The notes below the pieces were generated by a model, which saw nothing but the letters and a program-made list of their open reading frames with translations, searched no databases and had not been told where the DNA came from. Shown here piece by piece: positions 1 through 12,062 of a stretch of 64,000 bases of DNA. The translations under genes were made by a program, and so were the position numbers. The first letter of the stretch is position 1; each line of letters opens with the position of its first letter. The stretch comes from Meyerozyma guilliermondii (Eukaryota): NCBI GenBank assembly GCA_051546255.1, contig CP128820.1, positions 124,001 through 188,000 on the forward strand. Reading direction: 5' to 3'.

Positions 1-1724
1 ACGTGATGACATCGACGTTTTCAATCACCAATACTGCTTTGTATGATACGTTGGGACCCGATACGTCGCAATTTATTTTGTCTTCCACCGAGTCGCCGGT
101 CGTGATCACTTCTAGTGACCATATTGAAGATTTGGTGAAGCTCAAGGCCGACAACCCACTGTCGTTGGGTCAGTTTATTGCAATTATTTCCATGGATCCT
201 TTGGACTTGAAAGGCTCTTCAGCCAAGGCTTTGAAGGACCAGGGTCTTGTGGCTTATGCCAATGATCACAATATTACCGTCCACGATTGGAATCAAGTAC
301 GCCAACTTGGTGAAATTTTCCCCATTAACGACTTGCCTCCAACCACAGAATCCGTTTATACTATCAGTTTCACATCTGGAACTACTGGTGCGAATCCAAA
401 AGGTGTCATTCTCACCCACAAAATAGCCACTTCAGGGATCACCTTTGTGTTGTCGCAGTTCCCTCAGGAGCCCAATGGCAGGGCTTTCTTGTTTCTTCCT
501 TTGGCTCATATTTATGAGAGACAAAATTACGGTGTCGTTTTGACTGGCGGCTCATGCGCCGGATTTCCTCGCTTGCACGGCACGCCTTTGACTTTGGTGG
601 AAGACTTGAAGATCTTCAAGCCCTCTCATATGTCTAACGTGCCTCGAGTTTACTCCAAATTTGAAGCTGCCTTGAGAGCTGCTACCGTTGACCACCCTAC
701 CTCGGCCTTAAAACGGTCTCTTTTCCAAAAGGTAATCGACACCAAAATCGAAAAGAGAAGACAACACGAAGTGGGAGGTGATTACCATCTCTTGTACGAC
801 CCTACTGTGATTAAAAAATTGCGTGCTCTGTTGGGTTACGATAACATGATTTGGACCGTTACAGGCTCTGCTCCAATCTCACCTGCGACTATTGAATTTC
901 TCCAGGCAGCTTTAAATATTTCACTTTTCCAGGGTTATGGTCTTACTGAGTCATACGCCGGTATTTCGGCAAGTGTATCTAATGATTCTCTTGGCAGTTG
1001 TGGAGCCATAGGAATTACTGGTGAAATTCGTGTAAAAGAATTGCCCGAGATGGGATACCATTTAGACGGTCCAAACGGCCCCAGTGGTGAATTGATGCTT
1101 CGTGGTCCTCAGATTTTTGAAAGCTACTTTAAGAATCCTGAAGAAACGGCCAAATCCGTCAGCAAGGATGGATGGTTCAGCACTGGAGATGTGGCTCGGA
1201 TCTCAAAAGAGGGCCGGATTTACATTGTTGATCGTGTGAAGAACTTTTTCAAGTTGGCCCAGGGTGAGTATGTCACACCTGAAAAGGTCGAAAACACTTA
1301 CTTGTCTGGTAACCACTTGCTCACCCAAGCTTACGTCCATGGAGATTCGCACCGTCATTTCTTGGTTGCGGTTCTTGGAGTGGATCCTCAAGGAATTGTG
1401 AGCTTTTTGGTAGAGAAATGTGGCCATTCAAAGGCAAGTTTGAGAAACAAATCCCCACAAGAAATCTTGGAGATTTTGAACAAGCGTGAAGTCAGAAAAG
1501 AACTTTTGTCTATCTTGAATACTGGTGCCTATAAGAAGAAGGCTTTGCAAGGTTTTGAGAGATTACACAATATCTATGTTGAATTTGAGCCATTGACGGT
1601 TGAGCGTGGTGTGGTGACACCTACCGTGAAATTGAAACGTCCAATTGCTTTAAAGTTCTTCAAGACGCAGATCGAAGCCATGTACGATGAGGGACTGTTG
1701 CTTTACGACCAGTCGAAGATGTAA
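1..1724 (+). CDS. FAA2: Long/medium-chain acyl-CoA synthetase, Faa2-like, probably peroxisomal (5' part lies before the window)
   Basis: AMP-binding motifs FTSGTTGANPKG, QGYGLTE, GWFSTGD, DRVKNFFKLAQGEY; C-terminal SKM is a PTS1 variant. No true start in the window; which FAA2 paralogue is uncertain. Confidence 0.85.
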   Translation, partial: VMTSTFSITNTALYDTLGPDTSQFILSSTESPVVITSSDHIEDLVKLKADNPLSLGQFIAIISMDPLDLKGSSAKALKDQGLVAYANDHNITVHDWNQVRQLGEIFPINDLPPTTESVYTISFTSGTTGANPKGVILTHKIATSGITFVLSQFPQEPNGRAFLFLPLAHIYERQNYGVVLTGGSCAGFPRLHGTPLTLVEDLKIFKPSHMSNVPRVYSKFEAALRAATVDHPTSALKRSLFQKVIDTKIEKRRQHEVGGDYHLLYDPTVIKKLRALLGYDNMIWTVTGSAPISPATIEFLQAALNISLFQGYGLTESYAGISASVSNDSLGSCGAIGITGEIRVKELPEMGYHLDGPNGPSGELMLRGPQIFESYFKNPEETAKSVSKDGWFSTGDVARISKEGRIYIVDRVKNFFKLAQGEYVTPEKVENTYLSGNHLLTQAYVHGDSHRHFLVAVLGVDPQGIVSFLVEKCGHSKASLRNKSPQEILEILNKREVRKELLSILNTGAYKKKALQGFERLHNIYVEFEPLTVERGVVTPTVKLKRPIALKFFKTQIEAMYDEGLLLYDQSKM

Positions 1725-1839
1725 TTAGACAGCTGTATATGAAGAACCTTCAATTCAATTCACTTCTCTTTTTCCTACTTTTGCACCCAGACACCGTGCG
1801 CATACTTTGTGAATAATTTCAACACCTTCATCACCTCAA

Positions 1840-3283
<1,444 letters not shown>

Positions 3284-3360
3284 ATAGATGATCAATGTAT
3301 GTATAGTATCGCAAACTATTTGCTTAGCTTTGTTCATAGCTCCGTTCTTGGCTATTTCTA

Positions 3361-3846
3361 CTAACCGCTGCCCTTGGTGTTCAAGATTAACGCAATAATC
3401 ATGCCGTACAACCCCAACACCTCGGCAAAAATCAAAATCAACACTATTCCCACAAACAACCGAGGCTGGTGCATAAACTGCCTAACCCCCTCATCTCCTA
3501 CAATTCCAATGGCGTATCCCGACGCCAAGCATGCAAATCCAACACTCAATCCACAAGCCAAATGCATAAATCCGTTGAAAAGTGTGTAATTTTCACCAGG
3601 ACTCAAGCCTCCAGCTATCAAAACCGACACCACAAGCCCATAGACCGACAAAATACCCGACATAACCACCGGAATGAGAGATCTCATGATTAATTCCGGC
3701 TTGAAAGTACCAATACCAGAGATACCGATTCCCGACTTTGCGGTGCCGATGGCCGCTCCGGCACACGACAAGATCATCGCCAGAGCACAGCCAGCAAACC
3801 CGAAGAACGGCGCAAACGCAGGGCTGTAGACGTTTTCAGAAGACAT
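3361..3846 (-). CDS. VMA11: V-ATPase V0 proteolipid subunit c'
   Basis: [42 protein letters not shown] with the proton-carrying Glu; next to RVB2 as in S. cerevisiae. Confidence 0.95.
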   Translation of the reverse strand: MSSENVYSPAFAPFFGFAGCALAMILSCAGAAIGTAKSGIGISGIGTFKPELIMRSLIPVVMSGILSVYGLVVSVLIAGGLSPGENYTLFNGFMHLACGLSVGFACLASGYAIGIVGDEGVRQFMHQPRLFVGIVLILIFAEVLGLYGMIIALILNTKGSG

Positions 3847-3963
3847 GATGTTAAGGAGTCGATAACGGTGGTGAGGATGGCCGTGGTGCAGGTGGTTGGG
3901 CCCGAAAAAACTCGCTTACGTAAGCGGCGCATCTTCATGGCTGCGATCAAAATAATCCTAAAC

Positions 3964-4605
3964 ATGGATAACGATAACCACGACAAGATTGCCCTTAGCA
4001 ATCAGGATTTGAGCTGGGTCTATGGCCAGGTGCTCTCTTCCACCACCGCCAAGCTCGATCTACACCTTCCTACTTCCAATAGTGATCCGTTAAAACGAAG
4101 AGTAGCTGGAATGCTCGAAGAATTTATACAAGAACTGTTTGAAATGGTCAAAAATGCCATGGTAGTTGATGGCGAGGATCTCGGGCGCAGCCTGGGGCCA
4201 GTGGCTGACCATATAGCTTACAAGCCACGAGAAAAAACCGAACCTTTTGATTTTGAACTCAATGGAGAACTACGTAACGTTTTGGAACTGGTGGAAAAGG
4301 AAACGATAAAGGTGTCTACTTTACGTAAAGATGTTCCTGCCAAGGTGAAGCAGGCGTATCAGCAACTAATAGAGTCTACAGACCTGCTGGTGTCTCGAAT
4401 ATTGGCGGAATTGGACGTAGAAGAGGAGGCTATTATGCTTGAAGAAAATGATGTTCTCCCTGATCTTGAAGGGGTAGTTGGTGATTATGAGGCGGCAATT
4501 TTAGCATTGAGCAAGCTTAACCAGTCTGTGCCAGAACAAAGAGCCGAGCTCGCAAAACTTGACAGTACGATGTCTTATCTCAGAGCTCGATACCAAGCGA
4601 CATAA
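3964..4605 (+). CDS. NSL1: MIND/Mis12 kinetochore complex subunit Nsl1 (Mis14)
   Basis: KLDLHLP and EPFDFELN motifs recalled from Nsl1; RVB2-VMA11-NSL1 order matches YPL235W-234C-233W. Start at ATG 3964 is inferred. Confidence 0.8.
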   Translation: MDNDNHDKIALSNQDLSWVYGQVLSSTTAKLDLHLPTSNSDPLKRRVAGMLEEFIQELFEMVKNAMVVDGEDLGRSLGPVADHIAYKPREKTEPFDFELNGELRNVLELVEKETIKVSTLRKDVPAKVKQAYQQLIESTDLLVSRILAELDVEEEAIMLEENDVLPDLEGVVGDYEAAILALSKLNQSVPEQRAELAKLDSTMSYLRARYQAT

Positions 4606-4938
4606 CAGGTTTTGATCTTTGAGTCGTGCACGGACGAATTTAAGCCGTTAAAAAAGACGGTGTGAAGCAGTCTAGTCTTCTGGTATTCAACATGCCAAGG
4701 CTAATGTGGTGATCGGCGAATAGTCCAATATGGTCTTATTGCCAACATGAATTATGGCCTACATGGATTACACCAACGGGCTTATATGGTCGCGAATGTG
4801 AGGTACTCTCGCCTATCTGCAGACTTCGCATTATTTACTCTTTGACCAAAAACGGAGAATAAATAGTTCTGCATGTAATGTGTATACTTAATGGCACTTG
4901 CATCATTCTGTTCAATATCCGTCACTCCAGTCGCCGCA

Positions 4939-7900
4939 ATGGCTTCCCCTGTCAAGAAAATCGCCTTGCGGTATCTCGATAATATCAATGAGACTCCTTC
5001 CAGACCCCTACAACCATCGCTGAAACATAACTTTACCCCTCGCCGAAATGGCGAAGATTTGGATATACTTGCCAAACAACTAAATGTCACACCTTCCAAA
5101 ACAGACCTCATCAAAAACAGCTATGAATCTCCGTCCGCTACCATAACCTCATTCAAATCTTCCACTAGTAGCAATGGCTCACCAAGAAAGTACAACTTGG
5201 CTGCTCCAGAATCTTCACCATACTTAAGAAGCCCCACCAACTCTACCGAAAAATCATCGCCCGGATACGAGTATCTTTGTCGGATCTCCTCAATAAAAGT
5301 ATGGTTGGAGTCGGTGTTGGGACACAAGATATCTCAGACACCAGTGGAGTTAATTAGCTACATTCGCAACGGTATTCATCTCGCCGAGCTCGCCAACATC
5401 ATTCTTCCTACCCACCAATCTGTGTTCAAAAATGATACCCGGCTTCAATTCAAGCACACCGAGAATATCAACCGGTTTTTTGATCTCCTTGAATACCTCG
5501 ATGTTCCGGATCTCTTTAGATTCGAGCTCACTGATCTTTACGATGCTAAAAATGTCCCCAAGGTTTGGTACTGTCTCTATGCTATGAGTTATATGCTTCA
5601 CAAAGCAGACCTGCAGTTCCCAACGATAAAGAACGAGTTGGGGTTGCTTGATTTTTCCCCCGAAGATATACGGGCCGCTAATCGTTCACTCGTGGGAAGT
5701 CCACTCCCAAACTTTTCCAGTGCTGACTCTGTGAGCTCGGGAAATAACTCTTATATGAACCGAGCTCTAGGTGGCTCGCAAACAATGAAAGGGATGAACA
5801 GTCCTACTCGAAGCCCTACTCAAAGTTCTGTTCGGAGTCCTACTCGGAGCCCTGTATCTCGTCCCATTTCCAAGAAAGAACCACTTCCCAAAACCACACC
5901 ATTCTCCACCAAATTAACCTCGCTAGTCAATCCTTTCAAAGAGGCTCCCAAGTTGAGCTTCGACTCTTTCACCCCACCACCACTGAATGATATTACTGTC
6001 ACCAGTTCCCAAATTCGAGAACTTCAGTCCTACGAGCCTGAAATAATGAAACTTCAAGCTCTTGCCTTGGGTGCTGCGTTCCGCTACAAGATGTTCGTTG
6101 ACCGTATAATGCTCAAGTCCTATGAGGAGGAGTTTCTCCACTTTGTTTCTATAATTCGTGGAAACTTGTCAAGAAGAAAGACCGTCCACAGGCATAGAGA
6201 CGAATTGATTCTTTACAAGTATGATATCATCGAATTGCAAAGTTTAGCTCGAACCAAATTGTTTAAAAAGGAGAACAATCACGACTTAACTGTTCACGAT
6301 GCTAACATGGTGTCGTTCCAGAGCATAGCACGGGGTGCTATAACAAGAAATAGGACCAGTCAAATTATGGAAAATCTCTTGTCTCACGAATCTAAGCTTA
6401 GCACATGGCAAGCTCATGCAAAAATGATGCTAGTTCACTCCAAGGCAAAAGTTGTAATTGAGCATCGTCATGAAATCGAACCACCTATAACCATACTCCA
6501 AGCGGCTTGCCGTAGAGTCTTGTATGAGAGATTTACCAAGAACTGCGTGGCTGCAAATTTGTCAAACGAAAGCACTATAGTACAATTGCAGTCCGTAATT
6601 CGAGGTGCCATATCTCGCCGGACTATGGCGTATAAAATAAAGTACGTTAAAAGGTTCAAGTTTCCAATAATTGAATTGCAAAGCATTGCGAGGGGTGGAA
6701 ACTTGCGTTCCAAATTATGTGACGGTGTGTTAATGGCATTGGTTGATGAGCACGATGTCTTGAGCGAATTATACGCCATTTCACGAGGTAATGCAGTTCG
6801 GAGGAAAACTCAAAACAGATTGGTAGCCCTTCATTCGTTTGAGGATTCCGCCATAACTCCAATCCAAACCATCTTCAGAGGAGTCTTTGCTCGTTTCAAG
6901 AGAGAAATTCTCTTGGATGATTTGTATTCTGAAGTTCATTCTATCATCGGGCTTCAAGCAGCTATTCGTGGATTTAAGATAAGAAGTAACCATCGCCTGA
7001 TGAAGAAGTATTATGACAGAAACGTTGAACAAGTCGTGAAAGCTCAGGCATTCATCAGAAGCACATTCTCGAGAAACGCATACAAGTCTTTGCTCAACAT
7101 GAGGAACCCTTCGCTTGCGGTTATTCGGAACTTTGTCCATTTGCTTTCCAACAGCGACTGTGACTATCAGCAAGAAATTGAGCTCAATGATTTACAAGAT
7201 TTGATAGTTGAGAAATCAAAGCACAACGAGGACTTGGAGTCTAAGATCGAAAACTTGGACGTTAAATTGGGACTCCTCGATAAGAACAAGATAAGTGTGG
7301 AAGACTTTGTGAAAAACAAAAACAAGTACAAGACGTTCAAGCCTGCTGCTGCAGCCAATAACAACTCACTCGACAAATTAAGCAAGAATGCCAGAACAAG
7401 AATTGAAGTATACCAGTCCTTATTTTACTTACTTCAAACCAACCCTGTTTACTTGATGAGGCTCTACAGGAACATGCAAGATAACGCAGGCTCGTCCAAG
7501 GCACTTGATAGCTTACAAAATCTGGTCATGCTACTTTTCCCCATCAAGAACACCTCGATAAAGTATCATTCTAGAGAGGAGTTTTTCTTGATGCGTTTCA
7601 TTACTGAGTTGATGAAAGTAGAAGTGGGTGCTTGTCGAAATCTCAGTGACCTTACGAAACCTCAATGCTGTCTTTGGATTGACTTTCTTCACAATTTCAA
7701 TAATCATACCTATCAAAGGCTGCATTTAAAGAAGCTCATTGGAAAGCACATTTGCCGTATCACCGAAGACGACGAATTGAATTTCGAATCTGATCCTTCA
7801 CAAATCTATGAAGACATAGTCAGGAAGGAAGTTAAAGTTCATGGCTTTAGCGACCGACCGCTGGTACTTCCAGCTCCTTCCGCAATAAAGGAGCCAGATG

Positions 7901-9537
7901 TCTCCTCACAATTTGTGGAAAACTTGATGTCTTTACGTGAATGTGTCTCAGAGATTTTAAGCACTTTGGAGGCAGTCGTAGAGTCTGTTCCATTACACAT
8001 TCGAATTGCGTGCAAATATGCCTTCGATCTTGTCAAAATCAACTTTCCTGAAAAGACGAATCTCCAACATTTAGCCGTCGCAGGAGTGATCTTCTACAAG
8101 CATTATGTTGGTAGCATCATCCAGAATCCCGAAAACTTTGGCATTTCCGTTCGTGATCCATTTAATCCTTCTTTAACAAATCCTAGGTGTGAAAATAATA
8201 TGAGACACTTGAATCGTGTTATCCTTCAGGTTTTTGCAATGAAACCTTTCACAGACAACTTTTTGAAACCATTGAACGACTACATAGCTTCATCCGAGGC
8301 GTCTGTCACTTTTTTGATCTCACGAATCATTGATGTGCGCCACATGGACACCGAGTATAATCTTAGTGATTATGATGATATTGTGTCTCACGAGCGCCCC
8401 AAGCTCACTATGAAAGTGAGTGATATGATTATGTTTGAGAAGCTCTTGACCAAAAACATCGACGTCGTTGCACCCGGAAATGATGATCAGTTATACAGTG
8501 TTATGCTCAGGCTTGATGATCTTGTGAACTCGGCTGATGAGTTTGTTGAGTTGACCGAGATAGGACAGGTGACACTCAACTTGAGTCCCCAAACTCAAGA
8601 AACTTCTGTGGTGGATTCAAAGGTCACATCCTTGTTTGCGCAGGTCAAAAGGTGCTTGTTATACATAATACGAGTTCAAGAAGGCTCGGGATTGTTGGAA
8701 CTTTTGATATCAGGAATCAAGCCCCACCACGAACAATTGTTCAGGGAGATCATTTCACAGGAACAAAAAGAAAATTTACAGTCTAAGCTCAACGATAAAA
8801 AGAGACCATACTACAAAACTTCGATTGGAGATTTACTGTGCATTTCGTACCACGATCTCAAGAAAATGGCACTTGAAAAGATCTTGCAATTAGAGTCTAT
8901 GGGTCACTTACGAAGATCCAACTCCTACCAAGACTTATTGAACAGTATGGCAGTTGATATCAAGACAAAAGACCTGCAGCGAGTAGCGAGAAGCAAACAG
9001 GTAGACATCGCTATGAAAACTGTTGATAAGTTGACTTCGAAAGAAAAGTTATTAGAAAAACAACTTGCAGATTACAATTCTCATATTGACAAAATCCTTG
9101 CGGATCTTCAGCTGCGGCCAAAGGAAAAGAAGCTTTTCAATGTAATTCCTATTTTCAGCAAGCAATATTTTTATCATCGTGAACTCAAGAAAGCTAACAG
9201 ACTCCCTCAATTTGGCTCCTACAAATACACCGCTAAGAAGTTGACTGACCAAAAGATCTTGGTTGATTTTGGAGGCATGATTAGCCAGTACAGCAGTAAT
9301 ATGTCAAAGTTGGACTTTATGTTCAGTTGCCATCAAACTGGAAAATTCACAATCGAAGTGGCCAGTGGTTCTGTTACCATTCCTGGAGCTGTGAGTTCGG
9401 TGTCTCTCGATGAATTATTGGACCTACAATATTACAACAGTGAAACGATGGAGATGTTTGACGGTGCTGTCGTCTTTGACACTCAGAATTTGATTGGCTT
9501 TATTTTCCGCAAGTTCTATGATATCAAGAAGGAATGA
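4939..9537 (+). CDS. IQG1: IQGAP cytokinesis scaffold (CH domain, IQ repeats, RasGAP-related domain, RGCT)
   Basis: CH domain (FKHTENINRFF, FRFELTDLYDAKNVPKV), many LQSIARG/LQAAIRG IQ motifs, GRD, C-terminal LDELLDLQY. Start MASPVKK 4939 preferred over 4891. Confidence 0.95.
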   Translation: MASPVKKIALRYLDNINETPSRPLQPSLKHNFTPRRNGEDLDILAKQLNVTPSKTDLIKNSYESPSATITSFKSSTSSNGSPRKYNLAAPESSPYLRSPTNSTEKSSPGYEYLCRISSIKVWLESVLGHKISQTPVELISYIRNGIHLAELANIILPTHQSVFKNDTRLQFKHTENINRFFDLLEYLDVPDLFRFELTDLYDAKNVPKVWYCLYAMSYMLHKADLQFPTIKNELGLLDFSPEDIRAANRSLVGSPLPNFSSADSVSSGNNSYMNRALGGSQTMKGMNSPTRSPTQSSVRSPTRSPVSRPISKKEPLPKTTPFSTKLTSLVNPFKEAPKLSFDSFTPPPLNDITVTSSQIRELQSYEPEIMKLQALALGAAFRYKMFVDRIMLKSYEEEFLHFVSIIRGNLSRRKTVHRHRDELILYKYDIIELQSLARTKLFKKENNHDLTVHDANMVSFQSIARGAITRNRTSQIMENLLSHESKLSTWQAHAKMMLVHSKAKVVIEHRHEIEPPITILQAACRRVLYERFTKNCVAANLSNESTIVQLQSVIRGAISRRTMAYKIKYVKRFKFPIIELQSIARGGNLRSKLCDGVLMALVDEHDVLSELYAISRGNAVRRKTQNRLVALHSFEDSAITPIQTIFRGVFARFKREILLDDLYSEVHSIIGLQAAIRGFKIRSNHRLMKKYYDRNVEQVVKAQAFIRSTFSRNAYKSLLNMRNPSLAVIRNFVHLLSNSDCDYQQEIELNDLQDLIVEKSKHNEDLESKIENLDVKLGLLDKNKISVEDFVKNKNKYKTFKPAAAANNNSLDKLSKNARTRIEVYQSLFYLLQTNPVYLMRLYRNMQDNAGSSKALDSLQNLVMLLFPIKNTSIKYHSREEFFLMRFITELMKVEVGACRNLSDLTKPQCCLWIDFLHNFNNHTYQRLHLKKLIGKHICRITEDDELNFESDPSQIYEDIVRKEVKVHGFSDRPLVLPAPSAIKEPDVSSQFVENLMSLRECVSEILSTLEAVVESVPLHIRIACKYAFDLVKINFPEKTNLQHLAVAGVIFYKHYVGSIIQNPENFGISVRDPFNPSLTNPRCENNMRHLNRVILQVFAMKPFTDNFLKPLNDYIASSEASVTFLISRIIDVRHMDTEYNLSDYDDIVSHERPKLTMKVSDMIMFEKLLTKNIDVVAPGNDDQLYSVMLRLDDLVNSADEFVELTEIGQVTLNLSPQTQETSVVDSKVTSLFAQVKRCLLYIIRVQEGSGLLELLISGIKPHHEQLFREIISQEQKENLQSKLNDKKRPYYKTSIGDLLCISYHDLKKMALEKILQLESMGHLRRSNSYQDLLNSMAVDIKTKDLQRVARSKQVDIAMKTVDKLTSKEKLLEKQLADYNSHIDKILADLQLRPKEKKLFNVIPIFSKQYFYHRELKKANRLPQFGSYKYTAKKLTDQKILVDFGGMISQYSSNMSKLDFMFSCHQTGKFTIEVASGSVTIPGAVSSVSLDELLDLQYYNSETMEMFDGAVVFDTQNLIGFIFRKFYDIKKE
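5800..5865 (+). repeat. In-frame 12-bp degenerate tandem repeat encoding (SPTR/SPTQ/SSVR/SPTR/SPVS) in IQG1
   Basis: agtcctactcga agccctactcaa agttctgttcgg agtcctactcgg agccctgtatct. Confidence 0.75.
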
Positions 9538-9682
9538 GGAAGTATACATATACGCAATAAATGAAGGAGGGATTTGACACCAAATGAGTACCCAATAAAT
9601 GATAGCAAGAAGCCATTTGAGTAAAAGATACACATTTTTTTCAGCAGAATTATTTGAAGATAAGCATTGTAGTTCAAATAAC

Positions 9683-11719
9683 TCACTTGTTGAGTAATTG
9701 GTCAATTTTCTTCTCCAACGCATCCAATTTGTCGTCCTTTTCTTGGCTCGCAAGAGTCAACTTTTCGATCTGAGATTCTAACGAATCAACCAAGCTTGAG
9801 AGCCGTTCAACGGTACCTTTTAAAGTGGGAGCCGTGGGCGTCTTTGTGGCTTTATCATCTTGAGCAGCAGGCTCTGGGGTCAAATTCTTTACTGGAGAAG
9901 AAACAGCGGGTTCGGGTGATTTCTCAGCTACAACAGACTTGGGCTGTTCGGATAAAACAACTTCAGGGGCGTTTTTAGTAGTGGCTTCGGAAGGTTCAGA
10001 GGTTTTTGGCGTAGTTGCAGGGCTGTTTGCAGTTTCTTCTGATTGCACAGAATTGATAGAAGGAACGTCAGTTTTTTGAACTTCCTCCCATTCTTCATTT
10101 CCATCGTCAACATCTGGCACGTCATCCTCAGGGTCCGATTCATCATTCACCTTCTCCAACATCTTATTGACGCTTGTGGATGATTTCAAAACTTCGTCGA
10201 CTTCGGCTTTCGACTCGGGAGTGGATTCCTTTGGTGTTGAGGACTCTGGCTTTGGGGTTGAGACTAACTTCAGTTCCTTAGGTTCATTCGCTGATTTGGC
10301 AGCAGATTTCTTCTCCTCTTCCTTCGCCTCCTTCTCTTTCGATATACTGACGCCAGGCTCCGCGTCTCTCAAGGTGGGTTCTGTACCTTCATACAAAGCT
10401 TCCATACTCATCAACTTGGGACCATGACAAGATTTGCCTGCAAACCAGTCAGCGGCAGACAATCCTGGTTCAGTTGAGGGACAGTCGGGGTAAATGTCAC
10501 TCTGAAATAACTCAGAGCGTCTGGGAACGATGAAAGAGATAGGCTCAACCATTGAATCATTGACGGTTTTAAAACACTTGAGAATCTCATTCTCTTTGAC
10601 TGCAACAGTATGTTTAGGAGCAGCAGCAAAACCTCTTTGAGGGTCAGTTGAAGCGTACTGCGACAAATCGTACAAGATGTCATCCTCATACTCGTAATAA
10701 CGGATGTTTCCGTCTCCTTTTCCTGCCAAATACAAGATGGAAGTTGACTCGTCATAGATTGGAATCAATACTCCGGAAGAAGAGTCAATAACCACAAATC
10801 CGTCGATTGGCCCATTGACAATATTATTGACATCCCAGATACCAACCTGACGGTCAGACAAACGTGAGAACCCGGTGGTGAGTATTCTGTCGGTATTGCC
10901 CAACCAGGTCACACGAGAGGGTTTGGCGCCGGTGTGACCGGGACCCTCAGACAAGATTTTGCCGGATCTTATGTCCCAGATTCTCAATTTTTTATCTCTT
11001 GAAGTTGTAGCCATTAAAGAACCGTCGTAGTTGAACGCAAAGGACGTAACCAAATCTTTGTGCTGCAAAGTAATCTCGTCCTTGCCGGTTTCCAAGTTCC
11101 AGATTTTGACTGTGTAATCCAAGGAACAAGACGCCAATACGTTCTCAGCACAAGGATGAAACTCAACGTGGCCCACCTTCCGGTTGTGGGCCGAAAGAAT
11201 TTTTGTGGGTTCAGTGATATCTTTTGTTTCATCCTTTTCATCGACATAATGGTGGAATGAAAAGTCGTCAGGAATATCCCACAAGAAAATTTTACCATCA
11301 TCAGAACAACTCACCACCTGTTTGTCGTTGAACGGATTGAACGCCGTGTCCAATACTGGACCCTTATGGCCCCGAAACAAAGGTACGGTGTCGGGAGCCT
11401 TGCCGACTTCCTCCAATGGAATAATTGCAAAAGCTCCACCACCACTGGCGTCCCAATTCACGGAGAGGTATTTTCCATTCGAATGGATGATATTCGAATC
11501 CCAAGCGTTTTTGGTGATCTTCAAGTTGTCGTAACATTTTTCTTTTTTGGCTGCTTGTCCAAAAACATGGCGATACTTGGACGCTCTTACGAATTTCCCG
11601 CTGGGTTAGTTTTAAAGGACTGGGATGGATAATATTGACCAATTGGACAAGATGGCAGGCTTGTAGGAGTTTGAATGCAATGTTTCATTTTTTGCACTGT
11701 TTCGTCACACATACCTCAT
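9683..11719 (-). CDS. CRN1: Coronin; complement(join(9683..11600,11715..11719))
   Basis: Spliced N-terminus MSGKFVRASKYRHVFGQ, WD40 propeller, PRRSELFQSDIYP, acidic unique region, C-terminal coiled coil. Confidence 0.96.
11601..11714 (-). other. Spliceosomal intron of CRN1 (114 nt)
   Basis: Minus strand ATGAG|GTATGT ... AACTAAC CCAG|CGGGAAATTC; AG+C gives Ser, then GKFVRASKY. Confidence 0.94.
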
Positions 11720-12062
11720 GTTTACAGAGCCTCACCAAAGAATAAAGGGCGATCAATTGGGATTGTAGTCACGTGCGCGACCGCGGCTTGAGATTGTAAA
11801 GTGCATAGCGAACTAATAAGGCGAAGGGAACGAAGGGACCAAAACCTCAATTGAGACTAAACAGCCCAAATCGACTAAGCAGTCGAAATTTTTTAGCTAT
11901 ACCTGAATATTATTTATCTATCACCTTCGTAAGTTAAACAGCCACTTATCACGTGATCTGCTAACAAGTAACCTCTAACTACTTCTACTACAGTATAGAG
12001 ACATAAATTAATTCAATTAGTTCAATGGGTTCAATGGGCTCGCAATCCAAGTTTCCTAGCAG

